IMG/VR virus record: IMGVR_UViG_3300033148_002311
Location: 1-38,132 of that record
DNA length: 38,132 bases
Direction: 5' to 3' (one strand)
DNA from: a virus
Taxonomy: Duplodnaviria > Caudoviricetes
A model generated the notes under the pieces. It searched no databases. It was not told the origin of the DNA and saw only the letters and a list, made by a program, of their open reading frames with translations. Each line of letters starts with the position of its first letter. The stretch's first letter is position 1. The position numbers and the translations under genes are program-made. Positions 1 through 7,398 of the stretch are shown here, one piece after another.

Positions 1-114
1 AACCTCTTTCCTTTTTCTGATAATAAATTGTTGTCCTCTAAGTATTCAAATAACTCATCTATTGTTATTGGTGATAAATGGTTAAATTCTTTTAGGAACT
101 TTATTATTTCTTTA
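1..114. repeat. Terminal direct repeat, left copy (identical to 38019-38132); circular assembly overlap
   Basis: 1-114 matches 38019-38132 base for base. Confidence 0.97.
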
Positions 115-115
115 T

Positions 116-490
116 TCATAAGTTTTTAAAATTAGTTTTAGGAACAAAACTATCTTCTCTTGTTGGGTCGCAGGTATTAACTCTAACCTCATAACCCAAC
201 TCTTTCATTTTTGGTATAAATTCTTCTGTTACTCCAATATATGAACGCTCTCCATTTTCAACTTTCTCATTCTCGTAAGTATGACAACCACAACAAGAAC
301 CAGTTGTTATAATTCCTAAATCCCAAAGATAAAATAATTCTTTCGCTAAACACATATCAAATCCTATCCATTTATGAGAACTTTCCCAAGGAGGTCTAAC
401 ACACACCATACATCCGTATTCTTGAATTACAGACCTTCTACATTTCAAGTTGTTAGATTTTAGTATTTTTTTTATTTCTTCTTTATTCAT
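116..490 (-). CDS. Hypothetical Cys-rich phage protein
   Basis: 124-aa ORF with D-x-C-L and TTGSCCGCH motifs; overlaps both neighbours in a coupled arrangement. Confidence 0.75.
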   Translation of the reverse strand: MNKEEIKKILKSNNLKCRRSVIQEYGCMVCVRPPWESSHKWIGFDMCLAKELFYLWDLGIITTGSCCGCHTYENEKVENGERSYIGVTEEFIPKMKELGYEVRVNTCDPTREDSFVPKTNFKNL

Positions 491-1127
491 TTTTCTTACA
501 AATTAAGCTTGTTAATAGATTTATTGTTTCTTGGCTTTGTTGGTCTAAAGTTTTGGATAAGTCCCACCTACAAACCATTTCGCCATTAATTATAAAATGC
601 CCACTTATTGTTATTGCATTAGGTTTTGATGATAATTTTAGTCCTGGTTTTTTATTTAAAACTCTTAATACGTCCGATAGAGTTATTGGTCTGCCGATGA
701 TTTTATAATCATTTTCAAGCTCTCCGCAGTTAATTACAAGTGGTATATCGTGCATCAACGAATTAACAACATCATAATAAACAAAAGTAATACCTCCTCT
801 ATATTCTTTTCTTTCTTTCACAATATATCTTCCAACGTTGTCAGGATTCTTTTTTGATTTTATTCTACACCCAAACTTTAATTCCACTATCTCTGGTATC
901 TCCTTTATTATTGCCTTTCTTAATTTTTGTAAATTGTTATCAATGTTCATTTTATAATCATTTATAATACCAATAAATTTTGCACCATCAAAGTTCTCAT
1001 CATCTTCAAGTAGATATTCAAACTCTTCAGCTAACCAATTAACACCATTAAGTTCTGGATTTTCGTTTATCACTTCTTTAAATTTTCCTAATATCTCTGC
1101 AATTTGTTTTATTTCTTCTTTATTCAT
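483..1127 (-). CDS. Hypothetical phage protein
   Basis: 214-aa ORF; ATGA overlap with the upstream gene. Confidence 0.75.
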   Translation of the reverse strand: MNKEEIKQIAEILGKFKEVINENPELNGVNWLAEEFEYLLEDDENFDGAKFIGIINDYKMNIDNNLQKLRKAIIKEIPEIVELKFGCRIKSKKNPDNVGRYIVKERKEYRGGITFVYYDVVNSLMHDIPLVINCGELENDYKIIGRPITLSDVLRVLNKKPGLKLSSKPNAITISGHFIINGEMVCRWDLSKTLDQQSQETINLLTSLICKKNE

Positions 1128-1351
1128 AATTGTTTTATTCTACTTAATTTTATATTAGGAATTATAATTTTGTCTTCTTTTTCTTTAATAAATTCTACTT
1201 CTATTGATTGCCAAAATTCTATGTGTTTATAGGTTTTGAAACATACATCTTTTTTAAAGCTTTCAACACATTTCCATATATAATCTAAAAATGTAGATGG
1301 ATTTACTCGACAACTATAAGTTTTACTTTTTTCTATTGATTTCAGTATCAT
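1124..1351 (-). CDS. Hypothetical protein
   Basis: 75-aa ORF in the co-directional gene string. Confidence 0.6.
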   Translation of the reverse strand: MILKSIEKSKTYSCRVNPSTFLDYIWKCVESFKKDVCFKTYKHIEFWQSIEVEFIKEKEDKIIIPNIKLSRIKQL

Positions 1352-1379
1352 ATTTATTTTATATAAACTTTTTTAAGTA

Positions 1380-1853
1380 TTATTGAATATAAAAGTTATT
1401 CTCACAATAAGGACATTTAACTATTCCTCTATGTGTTTTTTGTACGACGATTTGTAAGTTTTCCAATCTATTATCATCCTTAATCCCATTTTTATGATGT
1501 ATAATCTCCCATCTCTTTAGCTTTCTGCCCAAAAATTTCTCCATCACTAAACGATGTTCTCTTATGTAACCAACATTACCACTCTCTCTTTTTATTAGAA
1601 CATAACCTCTCTTATCTTTTCTTTTCCCGCCTTGCCAGTTTGGATGATTCTCCATTCTTCTTTTTTCTCCTTGAAATTTACCACGACACTTAATAGAACA
1701 GAACAAACCTCCTCCTTTTCTAATAACACTATAAGTAAACTCTCTTTCCCTACCACATTGATGACACTTAGTTATACATCTATAACCAGCCTTTCTTCCT
1801 TGATATCCATAGACTATCCATTTTTTAATAACATTAGGTTTTAATTTAATCAT
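1380..1853 (-). CDS. HNH homing endonuclease (HNH_3 type) with Zn-ribbon
   Basis: CHQC...FCSIKC, NWQGG, EHRLVME, IHHKNGIKDDNRLENL motifs. Confidence 0.9.
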   Translation of the reverse strand: MIKLKPNVIKKWIVYGYQGRKAGYRCITKCHQCGREREFTYSVIRKGGGLFCSIKCRGKFQGEKRRMENHPNWQGGKRKDKRGYVLIKRESGNVGYIREHRLVMEKFLGRKLKRWEIIHHKNGIKDDNRLENLQIVVQKTHRGIVKCPYCENNFYIQ

Positions 1854-2163
1854 CTAAAAACTTACCAATATATAAAAGTGGTTCTTTTTCTAAGACCATT
1901 TGTTGGAGATGATATAGATATTTCTTAACTCCACTACTAATCCAACCATAGTCATCAGCTCTTAACCAATCATCGTGAGTTTCTCCATTATTATTAACTT
2001 CTTCCTCTCCCCAAAATGCTTTAGCAAAGTCGTGGGAAAAGATAATATCATTCCATTCTCTTTTTTGTATATCTTCAAACTCTGTCGTAGAATAATGCTT
2101 GTGATAATATCCATTCTTCTCTGCTTTTTCTATTACTTTTTTAAGTATTTGTTCGTTAGTCAT
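1846..2163 (-). CDS. Conserved hypothetical phage protein
   Basis: 105 aa with IIFSHDFAKAFWGEE...YHLQQMVL, a pattern I recall from other uncharacterised phage proteins. Confidence 0.75.
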   Translation of the reverse strand: MTNEQILKKVIEKAEKNGYYHKHYSTTEFEDIQKREWNDIIFSHDFAKAFWGEEEVNNNGETHDDWLRADDYGWISSGVKKYLYHLQQMVLEKEPLLYIGKFLDD

Positions 2164-2166
2164 ATT

Positions 2167-2355
2167 TTATTTAATTATTTTAGTATCTATAAGCTTCATA
2201 TCCTTGTCCCACCAAATACCTTCTTCTTCTAATAGAAATTCAGCTACTTTAGAAATATCATTGCCATACTCTTCTTTGAGTATCTTTTTATCAATCATAT
2301 CTTTTAATGGAACAACTATCTCGAATAACATTCTAACTTTTTTCTTTTTGTTCAT
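2167..2355 (-). CDS. Hypothetical protein
   Basis: 62-aa ORF tightly packed between neighbours. Confidence 0.6.
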   Translation of the reverse strand: MNKKKKVRMLFEIVVPLKDMIDKKILKEEYGNDISKVAEFLLEEEGIWWDKDMKLIDTKIIK

Positions 2356-2358
2356 ATT

Positions 2359-2910
2359 TTATTTAATTAAATTTTTATTTTGATAAATGTGTTTCCATTT
2401 TTTACTATTACAACTGCGACAAAGAGGTTGAATGTTTTCGATATAATCCGTTCCTCCTTCTGATAATGGTAAAATATGGTCTTTTGTTAATGGTTTAATT
2501 TTTCCACAAGAAGCACATTTATAATTATATTGTTTTTTTAGTGCTTCCCATTCTTTTAATGTATGACTTCCTTCTGCTCCTCTTTCTCTTGCATATCTTC
2601 TTGCTTTTAAGTGAGCTATATTCTTTGGATGTTTTTTACAATAATTTTTATGATAAACTTGTTTATTTTCTCCAATCTTTCTTACTCCCTTATATGCGTT
2701 TTGCTCATAAAATGGTAGTGTTTTAAAGAATTCTTTACGACATTCTACGTTACAGAAATGTCTCTTACTCTGATTATAATGAGATTGCTGTTCTTCATTC
2801 TCTTTACCACAATAATCACACTTAAATTTAATCCAAACACCACGATTTGCTAATCCTATCTTTTCTTTAGTTTCCTTATTGTGTTTGTATCCTTTTTTTC
2901 TTCCGACCAT
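2359..2910 (-). CDS. HNH endonuclease
   Basis: CASC...DHILPLSEGG...NIQPLCRSCNSKK; N-terminal NUMOD3-like segment and CDYC/FC Zn motif. Confidence 0.9.
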   Translation of the reverse strand: MVGRKKGYKHNKETKEKIGLANRGVWIKFKCDYCGKENEEQQSHYNQSKRHFCNVECRKEFFKTLPFYEQNAYKGVRKIGENKQVYHKNYCKKHPKNIAHLKARRYARERGAEGSHTLKEWEALKKQYNYKCASCGKIKPLTKDHILPLSEGGTDYIENIQPLCRSCNSKKWKHIYQNKNLIK

Positions 2911-3266
2911 TGTTTTATTATATCTTTATTTTCATATTTTGGCAAGACTTCTTGATAAATGTTGCCGATGATTTCTGATTTTAACGATAACTTATTGAGT
3001 TCATTTACTAAAAAACTTTCAGTTGTAAATTGACCATCTTTAAAAATTACCACCGTATTAAACGATAGATGATAACTTGTTTTTGAAAACCTTAAAATAT
3101 CCCCCTCGTAAATCTCTTTTCCGTTTTTGTCGTGTAAGCCTGTAAATTGTTGGACGTCTTTATAATAACCCTCTGTAACTCTTAACCAGAATAATCCTTG
3201 CCCAACTATTCCAGAATACTCAAATTTATTTTCTTTTGTTAAACCTCTAAATTTTATTTCTCTCAT
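2856..3266 (-). CDS. YopX-family protein (start moved to ATG 3266)
   Basis: MREIKFRG, QFTGLHDKNGKEIYEGDIL, EIIGNIY hallmark motifs. Confidence 0.9.
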   Translation of the reverse strand: MREIKFRGLTKENKFEYSGIVGQGLFWLRVTEGYYKDVQQFTGLHDKNGKEIYEGDILRFSKTSYHLSFNTVVIFKDGQFTTESFLVNELNKLSLKSEIIGNIYQEVLPKYENKDIIKQWSEEKKDTNTIRKLKKR

Positions 3267-3268
3267 AT

Positions 3269-3403
3269 TTATTTTATTAAACTTAATAATATCCATAAAA
3301 TCAAAATGACTGGTAATAATTTTATAAGCAGAATAATAAATCCATACAACATCATAACTACTAAGGCTAACCATTCTTTTAATGTTAAATTAATGTTTAT
3401 CAT
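3269..3403 (-). CDS. Small membrane protein, 44 aa (not in ORF track)
   Basis: Hand-translated MININLTLKEWLALVVMMLYGFIILLIKLLPVILILWILLSLIK; fills the gap between genes. Confidence 0.6.
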   Translation of the reverse strand: MININLTLKEWLALVVMMLYGFIILLIKLLPVILILWILLSLIK

Positions 3404-3408
3404 TTTAA

Positions 3409-3744
3409 TTATCCGAATGCTCCACTTTTACACAATTCTTCTAACTTAATATCTTCTTTTTTTCTTTTACAGTAATTAAGTTTAGATCGTGGGAGAATAT
3501 AGACTTTTACATTGTAGCCATTAATATCTTCAACTGGAAAAGTCTGAACTTTTTTTGCTTTAATCGTGTAAAGCTGTTTTTTACCTCCATAAGAAACATA
3601 AATTGTTTCGTTACTTTCAGCTAATTTATCTATCCTGGACTTATTTAGACCAATCCCCCAGTCATCAGTCGCCCAACTATACTTACTCCAGGCCCCAAAA
3701 AATGGAGTGTTAATATTAAAATATTTTTGGTCAAAACTTAGCAT
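3409..3744 (-). CDS. Hypothetical protein
   Basis: 111-aa ORF in the gene string. Confidence 0.65.
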   Translation of the reverse strand: MLSFDQKYFNINTPFFGAWSKYSWATDDWGIGLNKSRIDKLAESNETIYVSYGGKKQLYTIKAKKVQTFPVEDINGYNVKVYILPRSKLNYCKRKKEDIKLEELCKSGAFG

Positions 3745-4193
3745 AATATTTTACCCTTTAATGCTTTATATTTTTTTTGACCTTCAACTGAAACTTCTTC
3801 TTTCTCTTTCTTATGAGGTAACATTAATTTTAATCTTTCTTTTGGAGATAATTGTTCATATTTTTGTTTAAATTCTTCTAATCCAACTACACAATTTTTT
3901 GCTACTTCAGGATAATATTGTGGATCTACTCTGATTTGGAACGAACCATCATCTACATACCAAGCTCCGAATCTATTAATTACTCTTTGTCCGTCATGTA
4001 AAACTCCTCTATTTTTATCTGACTGTTTTATTAAATAATCACTTTCAGGAATAATACTGTCTACGCTACTTGCATTGAAAGACTTACCAGAATTTAAATG
4101 TATAAGCCCACTTTTAAAATGTCTAATCTTTTCATACTCTTCACGAGTAATTTTTATAATACTTCCCGACATTGTTTTTATGATATATGTCAT
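3738..4193 (-). CDS. Hypothetical protein, possibly replication-associated
   Basis: 151 aa; lies two genes downstream of the initiator. Confidence 0.65.
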   Translation of the reverse strand: MTYIIKTMSGSIIKITREEYEKIRHFKSGLIHLNSGKSFNASSVDSIIPESDYLIKQSDKNRGVLHDGQRVINRFGAWYVDDGSFQIRVDPQYYPEVAKNCVVGLEEFKQKYEQLSPKERLKLMLPHKKEKEEVSVEGQKKYKALKGKILC

Positions 4194-4771
4194 AATTTAT
4201 TTGTTAAAAATTCTTCTAATTGTTTTTTGTTATTATTTTTACGACCATAAATCTTATGAAACTTTCTATGACAAATATCACATAATGTAACACCATTATC
4301 AATTTTAGTCCTTAATTCAGAATGTTCAGCAAAGTTAAATATATGATGAGGTTGTAATCTTCCTCCTAACTGTTTACATTTTCGGCAAGTATAATTATCT
4401 CTACTAAAAACTGATTTACGCCATAATTTCATTTTCAAACTACGCCAAACTTTCTTATTTATTGGGGTAATACCACCTTTCCAATTAACACTTTTTTCTC
4501 CTTTATGACTTTCTCCTATTTTTCTTTTAGTTATTTCAGACATTGGAGTTCTTCCTATTTCTTGATAACTTTTACCTTTTTTTGCTAAACTTATTTTTTT
4601 CTTATGTTCAACCGATAACTCCTTCCCTTTCCAGCAATTAGTAGGCATTACTCCTTTCTTACCTTTATTCCAAGGAATATGTCCTTTCTTAAATTCGGTT
4701 CTAGGAGAATTATGATTTCCCTTAAGTTTCTTTCTATATTCTTCTGTTCTTTTATAAACTCCTGTTGGCAT
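4190..4771 (-). CDS. NUMOD3-repeat HNH endonuclease
   Basis: PWNKG, HKKKISLAKKG, NWKGG, RDNYTCRKC, HHI...NGVTLCDICH. Confidence 0.9.
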   Translation of the reverse strand: MPTGVYKRTEEYRKKLKGNHNSPRTEFKKGHIPWNKGKKGVMPTNCWKGKELSVEHKKKISLAKKGKSYQEIGRTPMSEITKRKIGESHKGEKSVNWKGGITPINKKVWRSLKMKLWRKSVFSRDNYTCRKCKQLGGRLQPHHIFNFAEHSELRTKIDNGVTLCDICHRKFHKIYGRKNNNKKQLEEFLTNKL

Positions 4772-4778
4772 AATCTTA

Positions 4779-5540
4779 TTATATTATTATCGGTCTATTT
4801 TTTTCAGCAAACTTTTCTGCATTACGAAACCATACAGCCAATCTTCTACGAAGTTCAAATGTTTTTTGCAGTTGCCATCTTTGCTTAGTTCCCAACTTAT
4901 TAGATTCCGTCCAGTATCCAGCAAAATTCTTTAATTCAGATAATACCTGCTTGTAAGGAATACCTTTTTTTTCTGATATTATTTTTGCTATTCTTTTAGG
5001 ATATTCTTCATCTGTTAAAAAGAAATTCATTTCTTGTGCGGGAGTTATTTTTCTTTTAGTCTCCTTAATATGAGTCTTGTTAATATGAGTATCCTTATTA
5101 GGACTCTGTGTCCCCACGGTTTGAGCTTGACCACTGGACACAGGTTCCCCACGGTGATGGACACAGGTTCCCCACGGTGCCGTAGGGACTTTAGTTCCCT
5201 TCGGTTTCTTTTTCCATACACTTTTATCAAGCAATGTGTAGATATTTGATTGAAAAGTTCCATCATTATTTTTTCTTTGTTGAACACTTATAAGTCGATA
5301 TTCTTTAAACCAACCTATATATCTTTTAACTGTTTTTTCTGATATTTTTAATTCTTCTGCAATTATTTTATAAGAAGGAAAACATTGTTGAGTTTTATTA
5401 TCAGCGTGTCGGCAGAGATCAACATAGATTGCAGTTCCTACTGGACCAAAGATTCTCGCATAGCCATTTAAATATTCATTATCAAGATAAAACCAGCCCT
5501 TTTCTCTTCTGTCTCTAATAATATCTTGTTTTTTTGTCAT
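4779..5540 (-). CDS. Replication initiator protein (N-terminal winged HTH)
   Basis: YVDLCRHAD...CFPSYKIIAEELKISEKTVKR HTH; internal iteron-like repeats; C-terminal FxxYWTE...RW.LQKTF..RRRL..W domain. Confidence 0.85.
   Translation of the reverse strand: MTKKQDIIRDRREKGWFYLDNEYLNGYARIFGPVGTAIYVDLCRHADNKTQQCFPSYKIIAEELKISEKTVKRYIGWFKEYRLISVQQRKNNDGTFQSNIYTLLDKSVWKKKPKGTKVPTAPWGTCVHHRGEPVSSGQAQTVGTQSPNKDTHINKTHIKETKRKITPAQEMNFFLTDEEYPKRIAKIISEKKGIPYKQVLSELKNFAGYWTESNKLGTKQRWQLQKTFELRRRLAVWFRNAEKFAEKNRPIII
5101..5205. repeat. Iteron-like repeats: putative replication origin inside the initiator gene
   Basis: tggacacaggttccccacggtg exact at 5135-5156 and 5158-5179; degenerate copies at 5101-5120 and 5186-5205. 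Confidence 0.8.
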
Positions 5541-5544
5541 TGTA

Positions 5545-5661
5545 TTACTTAATTAACACTAAAAAGACCTCACAGGATAATGAGCAAGGTTCATACAAAC
5601 CTATATCCTGTAAGGACTTTTTAGAACTAATATTTAGTTGTTGTATGATTATATTGCTCAT
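5545..5661 (-). CDS. Putative leaderless upstream ORF (38 aa) ending 4 nt before the initiator ATG
   Basis: ATG at 5661 lies 8 nt downstream of the -10 box; open to TAA at 5545-5547. Confidence 0.45.
   Translation of the reverse strand: MSNIIIQQLNISSKKSLQDIGLYEPCSLSCEVFLVLIK
5559..5624 (-). ncRNA. Candidate CI/C4-like antisense RNA or attenuator hairpin
   Basis: 21-bp outer stem (5559-5579/5604-5624), inner AGGTT/AACCT stem with loop TGTATG and bulge TGCTCAT, both complementary to upstream 5641-5664. Confidence 0.6.
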
Positions 5662-5668
5662 TATTATA

Positions 5669-5696
5669 AGTATACTCTTTTTAGAAAACTTGTCAA
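5669..5696 (-). promoter_or_regulatory. sigma70-type promoter for the replication operon
   Basis: TTGACA-N16-TATACT. Confidence 0.75.
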
Positions 5697-5713
5697 GAGA
5701 AAAATGCATCTTA

Positions 5714-6022
5714 TTAGTAGATGCAACCTTTTATTAAGGATTTAAAATGGTTTACGTGTAATCTCCACGTAGAGTTTTTGTGTAAAAGTTTATGATGTTT
5801 TTCACAGACTAGAACCCCATTATTTAGGGCGTTCATTTGGTCTGGTCTCATTCCTTTCTTTCGGCAGTAGTATTTCGGATAAATATGGTGACAGGAAGTT
5901 CCAGGTTTATTACAACCAGGGAACTGGCATTTGTGTTTAGCTCTTTCTCGTATCAGATATTTTTGGTAGCTTGTAAAGCCTCTTATGCGTTTTCTGTTTC
6001 TTTTCCTTTTTCGCTTCTTCGT
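5714..6022 (-). CDS. HNH endonuclease (102 aa) with a probable ACG start; not in ORF track
   Basis: Hand-translated ...RERAKHKCQFPGC...CHHIYP...NNGVLVCEKHHKLLH; AAGGTGA SD 6 nt before ACG; in-frame TGA three codons upstream of the ACG. Confidence 0.75.
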   Translation of the reverse strand, partial: TKKRKRKRNRKRIRGFTSYQKYLIRERAKHKCQFPGCNKPGTSCHHIYPKYYCRKKGMRPDQMNALNNGVLVCEKHHKLLHKNSTWRLHVNHFKSLIKGCIY

Positions 6023-6054
6023 TTGAAATCACCTTGTAAAGTATTAAAAAAGTA

Positions 6055-6366
6055 TTACATATACAAATTCTTATTGTCTTGTTCATCTTTTATTTGAGTG
6101 GTATCTACTTCCCACGCAATAGCATCTTCGTCAAAAGTTAGTTCTTTGTCATCTAAGACTTTGACTAAGGCTTTGAATTGAAGCATACCTTGAATGTTCT
6201 TTTCGATATCATCTAAAAAGATTTCTTTAACGGCTTGTAGTGTTGGGATGGTTTCTTCCGAAATAGGGTGCTTATTCGGGTCGGCATTGTCCAGCATTTT
6301 CATCATTACGGCATAGTCTTTCTTGATGAGTGCTGTCATTTTAGCATAGTATCCTTTTGTGTTCAT
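6055..6366 (-). CDS. Hypothetical protein in an accessory cassette
   Basis: 103 aa; AAGGAG SD, boxA-like motif and its own promoter upstream. Confidence 0.75.
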   Translation of the reverse strand: MNTKGYYAKMTALIKKDYAVMMKMLDNADPNKHPISEETIPTLQAVKEIFLDDIEKNIQGMLQFKALVKVLDDKELTFDEDAIAWEVDTTQIKDEQDNKNLYM

Positions 6367-6389
6367 TTTTTTTCATCTCCTTATTCAGT

Positions 6390-6454
6390 TTTTAAAGAAC
6401 AGATTGGTAGGAGAATGCTAAGCATAATCCATCGCAATCTATTTTATTATAGCA
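6390..6454 (-). promoter_or_regulatory. Extended -10 promoter, leader hairpin and boxA-like element
   Basis: TGCTATAAT at 6446-6454; AGATTG...CAATCT hairpin; GTTCTTTAAAA at 6390-6400 fits GYTCTTTAANA. Confidence 0.6.
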
Positions 6455-6462
6455 CTTTTTAT

Positions 6463-6499
6463 AAAAAAAACAACTCTAGTTCACTAAAAGTTGGAGTTG
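6463..6499 (-). terminator. Putative intrinsic terminator
   Basis: CAACTC...GAGTTG stem followed by T8 on the minus strand. Confidence 0.5.
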
Positions 6500-6531
6500 A
6501 ATCTTCGCTTAGCTATTGATTAGATTTATAA

Positions 6532-6789
6532 TTAAATACTGTGTCCTTGTGATTGAATCTTTCCGACTTGAGTAAAAGCATAGAATTGAAAACCATATAT
6601 ATTTTCTTTTATTCTATCTTTTATTTGGTCTTTGACGGCTTTATTTTGTTTTTCATTAACTATTGCACTATCTATAATAGTTAAAATTTCTCCAGATAAA
6701 TGTTTTACGTTCTCCTCTACATACGTATATGGTAAAAATCCTTCGTGTTCTGGTGTTGTGCTTGGAAACTTTTCGCTTACTTTTGACAT
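6532..6789 (-). CDS. Conserved hypothetical phage protein in an accessory cassette
   Basis: 85 aa with LSGEILTIIDSAI...QNKAVKDQIK; flanked by 22-bp inverted repeats. Confidence 0.75.
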   Translation of the reverse strand: MSKVSEKFPSTTPEHEGFLPYTYVEENVKHLSGEILTIIDSAIVNEKQNKAVKDQIKDRIKENIYGFQFYAFTQVGKIQSQGHSI

Positions 6790-6812
6790 AACATTATAAC
6801 TTAACTCGACTA

Positions 6813-6916
6813 AACTCCAACTTTTAAAGAACTAAAGCAATACGCTACTATTTATATATTACCATATTTCTAAAATAAAAGCAACATCTATCACTACCTA
6901 CCTTCAACATCTATCA
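6813..6916 (-). promoter_or_regulatory. Promoter with boxA-like leader and upstream 12-bp direct repeats
   Basis: TTGCTT-N17-TAATAT with TG extension; GTTCTTTAAAA at 6822-6832; caacatctatca at 6882-6893 and 6905-6916. Confidence 0.55.
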
Positions 6917-6982
6917 TTTTGGCTTTATTTCAGAAATTATTATCTATCAAGAACTATTAAGGAGATGTATCAGAACCTAAAC

Positions 6983-7144
6983 CTATACAGAGTCTTTGTT
7001 TTTCTTAATAGTATTTATGATTCTTATAACTACCTGCTCTAGATTTCCACAAATCATAGCTGTCTCTGTTTCTTCTACTTTATGATATTTGCAATAAAAC
7101 CTGCAAGATTTTTTAAATTGTTTTAATAGTTTTTCTTTGTTCAT
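6983..7144 (-). CDS. Small hypothetical protein, 53 aa (not in ORF track)
   Basis: Hand-translated MNKEKLLKQFKKSCRFYCKYHKVEETETAMICGNLEQVVIRIINTIKKNKDSV. Confidence 0.5.
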   Translation of the reverse strand: MNKEKLLKQFKKSCRFYCKYHKVEETETAMICGNLEQVVIRIINTIKKNKDSV

Positions 7145-7290
7145 ATTACATTCAATACTTTACTACAATCCTATAGAATAGCACCTTTTTATAGGATTAC
7201 GATACAGTATACAGTAAACATCAACTTATACACGACAGGTATTTTTTAAGCTTATTATTTTGATTGTTTTTGCTAAACCTAAACATCGGT

Positions 7291-7352
7291 AACAAAAAAG
7301 GGCTTCCTCAGGCAATCAACTAGTAATGTAGTCCTTTTGGAGACCCTTTGTT
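7291..7352 (-). ncRNA. Candidate stand-alone small RNA (~60 nt)
   Basis: Starts just after a promoter; closed by an AAAGGG.../...CCCTTT stem and T-tract; inner ACTA/TAGT hairpin with a 6-nt bulge. Confidence 0.5.
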
Positions 7353-7355
7353 TAT

Positions 7356-7384
7356 ATTATAGCATAAAAAAATAGGGAAATCAA
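7356..7384 (-). promoter_or_regulatory. sigma70-type promoter
   Basis: TTGATT-N17-TATAAT with TG extension. Confidence 0.7.
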
Positions 7385-7398
7385 TTATTGAGTTCCCT
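7365..7398 (-). terminator. Intrinsic terminator of the phosphoesterase gene
   Basis: AGGGAACTCAAT/ATTGATTTCCCT stem then a T-run, directly after the stop codon. Confidence 0.65.

Noticed and set aside
1-114. Biological terminal repeat of the packaged DNA
   Set aside because: It cannot be told apart from an assembler overlap; it falls mid-gene with no packaging-site features.
5101-5205. CRISPR-like mini-array
   Set aside because: The exact repeats are separated by 1 nt with no unique spacers and lie inside a coding region; they fit iterons.
5704-5926. Series of short hairpins suggesting a large ncRNA
   Set aside because: The stretch is fully explained by the hidden HNH coding frame, and the stems are short. 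A dual role is possible but unsupported.
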